IMG/VR virus record: IMGVR_UViG_3300025018_000173
Span: 1-58,383 of that record
DNA from: a virus
Lineage: Duplodnaviria; Caudoviricetes
Strand: one strand, 5' to 3'
DNA length: 58,383 nt
Below are positions 55,642 to 58,383 of this stretch, piece after piece (the stretch's first letter is position 1; every line of letters begins with the position of its first letter). Below the pieces are notes generated by a model. It did no database searches, was not told the DNA's origin, and saw only the letters and a list, made by a program, of their open reading frames with translations. The position numbers and the translations under genes were made by a program.

Positions 55642-57367
55642 GCCTCGGCTGGTCGTCGCGGACCTAGCCCAGATCGAGGCCCGCGCCTTGGTCTGGGCAG
55701 GCGGGCAGTGGGATGTGGTGGAAGCCTTCGAGCGGTACGACGCTGCGGTCGCGGCCGGCGAGCCGGAGGACGTGATCAAGAAGCTGGACATCTACACGGT
55801 GAACGGCGCCAAGATGAACATGGACCGGCAGGGCGGCAAGGTTGCCACCTTGTCCTGCTTTGGTGCGGACACGCAGGTTCTGGTGAAGAAGGGACTTGAT
55901 ACGTTTACGCTACCCATAGTAGAGGTTACGTCCGAGTATCAAGTGTGGGATGGCGTAGAATGGGTATCGACAGCGGGCGCGATTGCAAGAGGGCGCCGTT
56001 CGACGATTGTGATTGGTGGGGTGGCTGTGACGCCCGACCACGCTTTGCTGTGTGGCGAGACTTGGAAGCCGGCGTCGGAGGTCAGAACCTGCGCAAGCAC
56101 CCTAACCCGAGCGTTGGCGACCGGTTCGGCGAACTTACCGTCCGAGGTTTTGTCGTCGGTGTTCGCGGCGGGCTTCTCCGCGTCATCGTGCAGTGCTCGT
56201 GCGGCGCACCACGCCACGAAGCCGGCATCAGCAACCTCAGATCCGGGCGCAGCACCCGGTGCATGCGTTGCGCCGCGGTCGCTTCGCGTGACACCCGCAC
56301 CAGCAAAGAGAAGCGGTATCTGCGATACGCTGGCGTCTTGCCTGACGACAAGCATCGCCGCCGCCTGCTCAACCGCATCTCGGCTATTATGCAGCGGTGC
56401 CACAATCCTCGGAGCAAAAATTATGCCGGATACGGCGGGCGCGGCATCCTCGTACACGCGCCGTGGCGCGCTGCCGACGGCCGCGCTGACTTCCTGCGCT
56501 ACCTACTTACGCTCGACGGGTGGGACAACCCGCACCTCGAGTTGGACCGGAGAGACAACAACAGGGGGTACGAGCCGGGCAACCTTCGGTTTATCGAGCG
56601 CCGAAAGAACGCCAGAAACAAACGCACCGTCGCCAGTTTGCAGCGTGAAATCGACAGTCTACGATCTGACCTTGTGTGGGCCAAGGCAACGCTTCACCGT
56701 CTGGACATCCCTTGGGCCCCTGATAGCGCATAACTGCGGTTATCAGGCCGGGCGTTTCACGGTGTGCGTCTTCGCCAAGACCTACGGGCTGAACCTGACC
56801 GAAGAGCAGGGGCAGGCCATCGTGACCGCATGGCGCGAGGCGAACCCCATGGTCGTGCGGCTGTGGAAGGCCGAAGAGGACGCCGCCAAGGCCGCGATCG
56901 AAAACCCCGGTGTACCGCAGGACCGCGGCAAGCTGGGCGCGTACCTGTTCAACGGGCAGCATCTGCTGCGCAAGCTGCCGTCCGGCCGGTGCATCTGCTA
57001 TCGCAACGCGACGCTCGAGATGAAACAGACGCCGTGGGGCCAGCGGCGCAGGGTTGTGGGCTACGATGCCAACTACTTTGCCAAGAACTCGCGCACGTTC
57101 GTGCGGCTGAAAGCCTATGGCGGGCTGTTCGTCGAGAACCTGATCCAAGCCATGTGCCGCGACATCCTCGCGGTCGGCATTTACCGCGCCGAGCGCGCCG
57201 GGTTGCAGGTCATCTTGCACGTGCACGACGAGATCGGCGTGCGGTCTACGCAGCCCGCCGTGGACGGCGTGCTGCTGGTCCGGGCCATGACATCGCCGAT
57301 CCCGTGGTGCAGGGGGCTGCCCATTGCATCGTCGGTCGATGTGCTGACCCGGTATCGCAAGGCATAA
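55619..57367 (+). CDS. DNA polymerase family A, C-terminal chain (palm and fingers) with intein
   Basis: AGGAG RBS and ATG 55619. Motif A LVVADLAQIEAR, motif B RQGGKVATLS|CGY, ENLIQAMCRD, motif C HVHDEI. Confidence 0.9.
   Translation: MLDLPCTEPRLVVADLAQIEARALVWAGGQWDVVEAFERYDAAVAAGEPEDVIKKLDIYTVNGAKMNMDRQGGKVATLSCFGADTQVLVKKGLDTFTLPIVEVTSEYQVWDGVEWVSTAGAIARGRRSTIVIGGVAVTPDHALLCGETWKPASEVRTCASTLTRALATGSANLPSEVLSSVFAAGFSASSCSARAAHHATKPASATSDPGAAPGACVAPRSLRVTPAPAKRSGICDTLASCLTTSIAAACSTASRLLCSGATILGAKIMPDTAGAASSYTRRGALPTAALTSCATYLRSTGGTTRTSSWTGETTTGGTSRATFGLSSAERTPETNAPSPVCSVKSTVYDLTLCGPRQRFTVWTSLGPLIAHNCGYQAGRFTVCVFAKTYGLNLTEEQGQAIVTAWREANPMVVRLWKAEEDAAKAAIENPGVPQDRGKLGAYLFNGQHLLRKLPSGRCICYRNATLEMKQTPWGQRRRVVGYDANYFAKNSRTFVRLKAYGGLFVENLIQAMCRDILAVGIYRAERAGLQVILHVHDEIGVRSTQPAVDGVLLVRAMTSPIPWCRGLPIASSVDVLTRYRKA
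55856..56734 (+). mobile_element. Intein (293 aa) in polymerase motif B
   Basis: Starts CFGADTQVLV, block B VTPDHALL, block F VYDL, ends LIAHN followed by Cys. Confidence 0.95.
55945..56733 (+). CDS. HNH-type endonuclease in an alternative frame within the polymerase intein
   Basis: GDRFGELTV...QCSCG...NLRSGRSTRC and MQRCHNP...YGGRGI...LDRRDNNRGYEPGNLRF...NARNKR. True start uncertain. Confidence 0.85.
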   Translation: MGWRRMGIDSGRDCKRAPFDDCDWWGGCDARPRFAVWRDLEAGVGGQNLRKHPNPSVGDRFGELTVRGFVVGVRGGLLRVIVQCSCGAPRHEAGISNLRSGRSTRCMRCAAVASRDTRTSKEKRYLRYAGVLPDDKHRRRLLNRISAIMQRCHNPRSKNYAGYGGRGILVHAPWRAADGRADFLRYLLTLDGWDNPHLELDRRDNNRGYEPGNLRFIERRKNARNKRTVASLQREIDSLRSDLVWAKATLHRLDIPWAPDSA

Positions 57368-57377
57368 GCGCGGTGCG

Positions 57378-57593
57378 TCACCACGCCGGCACGGCCGGTG
57401 CAGCGGATGCGGGGAACACGCCGATGCTTTCGTTGGCCGCGTCGGCCTGCTCTTGTGTGAGGAAGCCGCGCTCGACCAGCACGGCGGTCACGGCGTTGCG
57501 GATGAAGGCGCTGCGCGGGTCGGGGATGGCATCGAACACGGGCTGCGGCAGTCGAACGCTGGTTACGGGGGTGCCCAAGGTGGTATCCTCCAT
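57378..57593 (-). CDS. Small ribbon-helix-helix-like regulator
   Basis: TSVRLPQPVFDAI...RSAFIRNAV. The only credible minus-strand gene in this arm. Ends in VPAW. Confidence 0.55.
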   Translation of the reverse strand: MEDTTLGTPVTSVRLPQPVFDAIPDPRSAFIRNAVTAVLVERGFLTQEQADAANESIGVFPASAAPAVPAW

Positions 57594-57704
57594 GGTTGAC
57601 CACTGCCCCTGATATACTGTTTTCTGCCGGTATTACAAACGCTGTTTACACAAAAACCGCACGCATGTATTACTGGTTCACGCCACCCGGAAAGAGGACC
57701 CCCC

Positions 57705-57953
57705 ATGGCAAGCAACACCGACACCCTGCTGAAGACGTCGGTCGATGAGATACTCGACCTGCACCGCGAAATCGACGACGCCAAGCTGATCATGCAGGGC
57801 CACTACGAGGCGCTGAAAGAGGCTGGCTTCCACGTGCCCAGCGTTCGCAAGGCCGTGACGCGCATGAAGAAAGAGCGCGCGCACGTGCTCGAGCAGGACC
57901 GCGAACTCCACGAGATCGAACAGAGCCTCGGGCTCGAGATGCCCGACTGGTGA
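57705..57953 (+). CDS. GapR / DUF2312-like nucleoid-associated protein
   Basis: LKTSVDEILDLHREIDD...YEALKEAGFHVPSVRKAV..MKKE...EQSLG follows the GapR pattern. Ends in EMPDW. Confidence 0.75.
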   Translation: MASNTDTLLKTSVDEILDLHREIDDAKLIMQGHYEALKEAGFHVPSVRKAVTRMKKERAHVLEQDRELHEIEQSLGLEMPDW

Positions 57954-58010
57954 CGCCGAGATCGCACCGGACCTGCCTCCGCTTGTGGCTGCCCTCCGAT
58001 GCGTGCAACT

Positions 58011-58038
58011 GGGCCGGTGAAAGCCGGCCCGCCTTTTC
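58011..58038 (+). terminator. Terminator-like hairpin
   Basis: GGGCCGG-TGAAAG-CCGGCCC followed by GCCTTTT. Confidence 0.45.
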
Positions 58039-58058
58039 CAGTGAAGGAGTTTAACCCC

Positions 58059-58271
58059 ATGAATGAACTGCTTGCGGTGATTAAGGCGCGGCGGATACCG
58101 CTCGCCCGAAACCTGCTTCGCGCGATCGGCGGCGGACTTTTCGGAGCCGGTCTGGTCGCGAGCCCCGATGCGCTGCTCGGCCCGATGTACGTCGAGATCG
58201 CGGGGGTGGTGCTGTATCTCACGGTCGATGCCGTCTACCTGTACGTCGCCGAGCGCGGTGGCCAGACATGA
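58059..58271 (+). CDS. Small membrane protein, possible holin
   Basis: AAGGAG RBS, 70 aa with two hydrophobic segments. Confidence 0.55.
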   Translation: MNELLAVIKARRIPLARNLLRAIGGGLFGAGLVASPDALLGPMYVEIAGVVLYLTVDAVYLYVAERGGQT

Positions 58272-58383
58272 GCCACGATGACGGTGAAAAGAAAGGGCTG
58301 CAATACAGCAGCACCGACGACGCGCGCACCGAGGTCGGCAACGTGGTTCGGCACCAGTACCGCAAGCTGAGCGCCGCCGAGCA
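58268..58383 (+). CDS. Acb2/Tad1-like anti-defence sponge protein, truncated
   Basis: MSHDDGEKKGLQYSSTDDARTEVGNVVRHQYRKLSAAE. The YR.LS..E motif matches the Acb2-type N-terminus, but only 38 codons are visible. Confidence 0.45.
   Translation, partial: MSHDDGEKKGLQYSSTDDARTEVGNVVRHQYRKLSAAE

Overview
The window is most of the genome of a high-GC tailed phage, probably short-tailed, with both edges falling inside genes. The host is most likely an alphaproteobacterium of the Rhodobacterales, inferred from GafA-, CtrA- and GapR-like domains, a VPLPA-CTERM protein and GTTC-N7-GTTC boxes. Two arms diverge from a non-coding control region at about 33.9-35.1 kb. The minus-strand arm (33.8 kb to 1) is structural: putative small terminase, tail nozzle, ejection proteins, a 4414-aa polyvalent helicase-containing protein, a large terminase split into two genes, portal, GroES, scaffold, capsid, adaptors and tail fibre. 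The plus-strand arm (35.1 kb to end) carries early cassettes and replication genes: primase-helicase, RuvC, SNF2 helicase, Cas4-like nuclease, SSB and a family A polymerase split into two genes. No integrase, CRISPR array or tRNA was recognised. Main findings: (1) two inteins stay open in frame while hiding a complete HNH endonuclease gene in another frame, one antisense with its own promoter and one on the same strand; (2) six unrelated, mostly DNA-acting proteins end in Pro-Asp-Trp-stop; (3) a GafA/CtrA chimeric regulator sits beside a GTA-like head spike gene; (4) four perfect alphaproteobacterial LexA boxes lie in front of the early genes; (5) there is a type II hammerhead ribozyme; (6) three core genes are split. 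All family assignments come from motif recognition by eye, with no database search.
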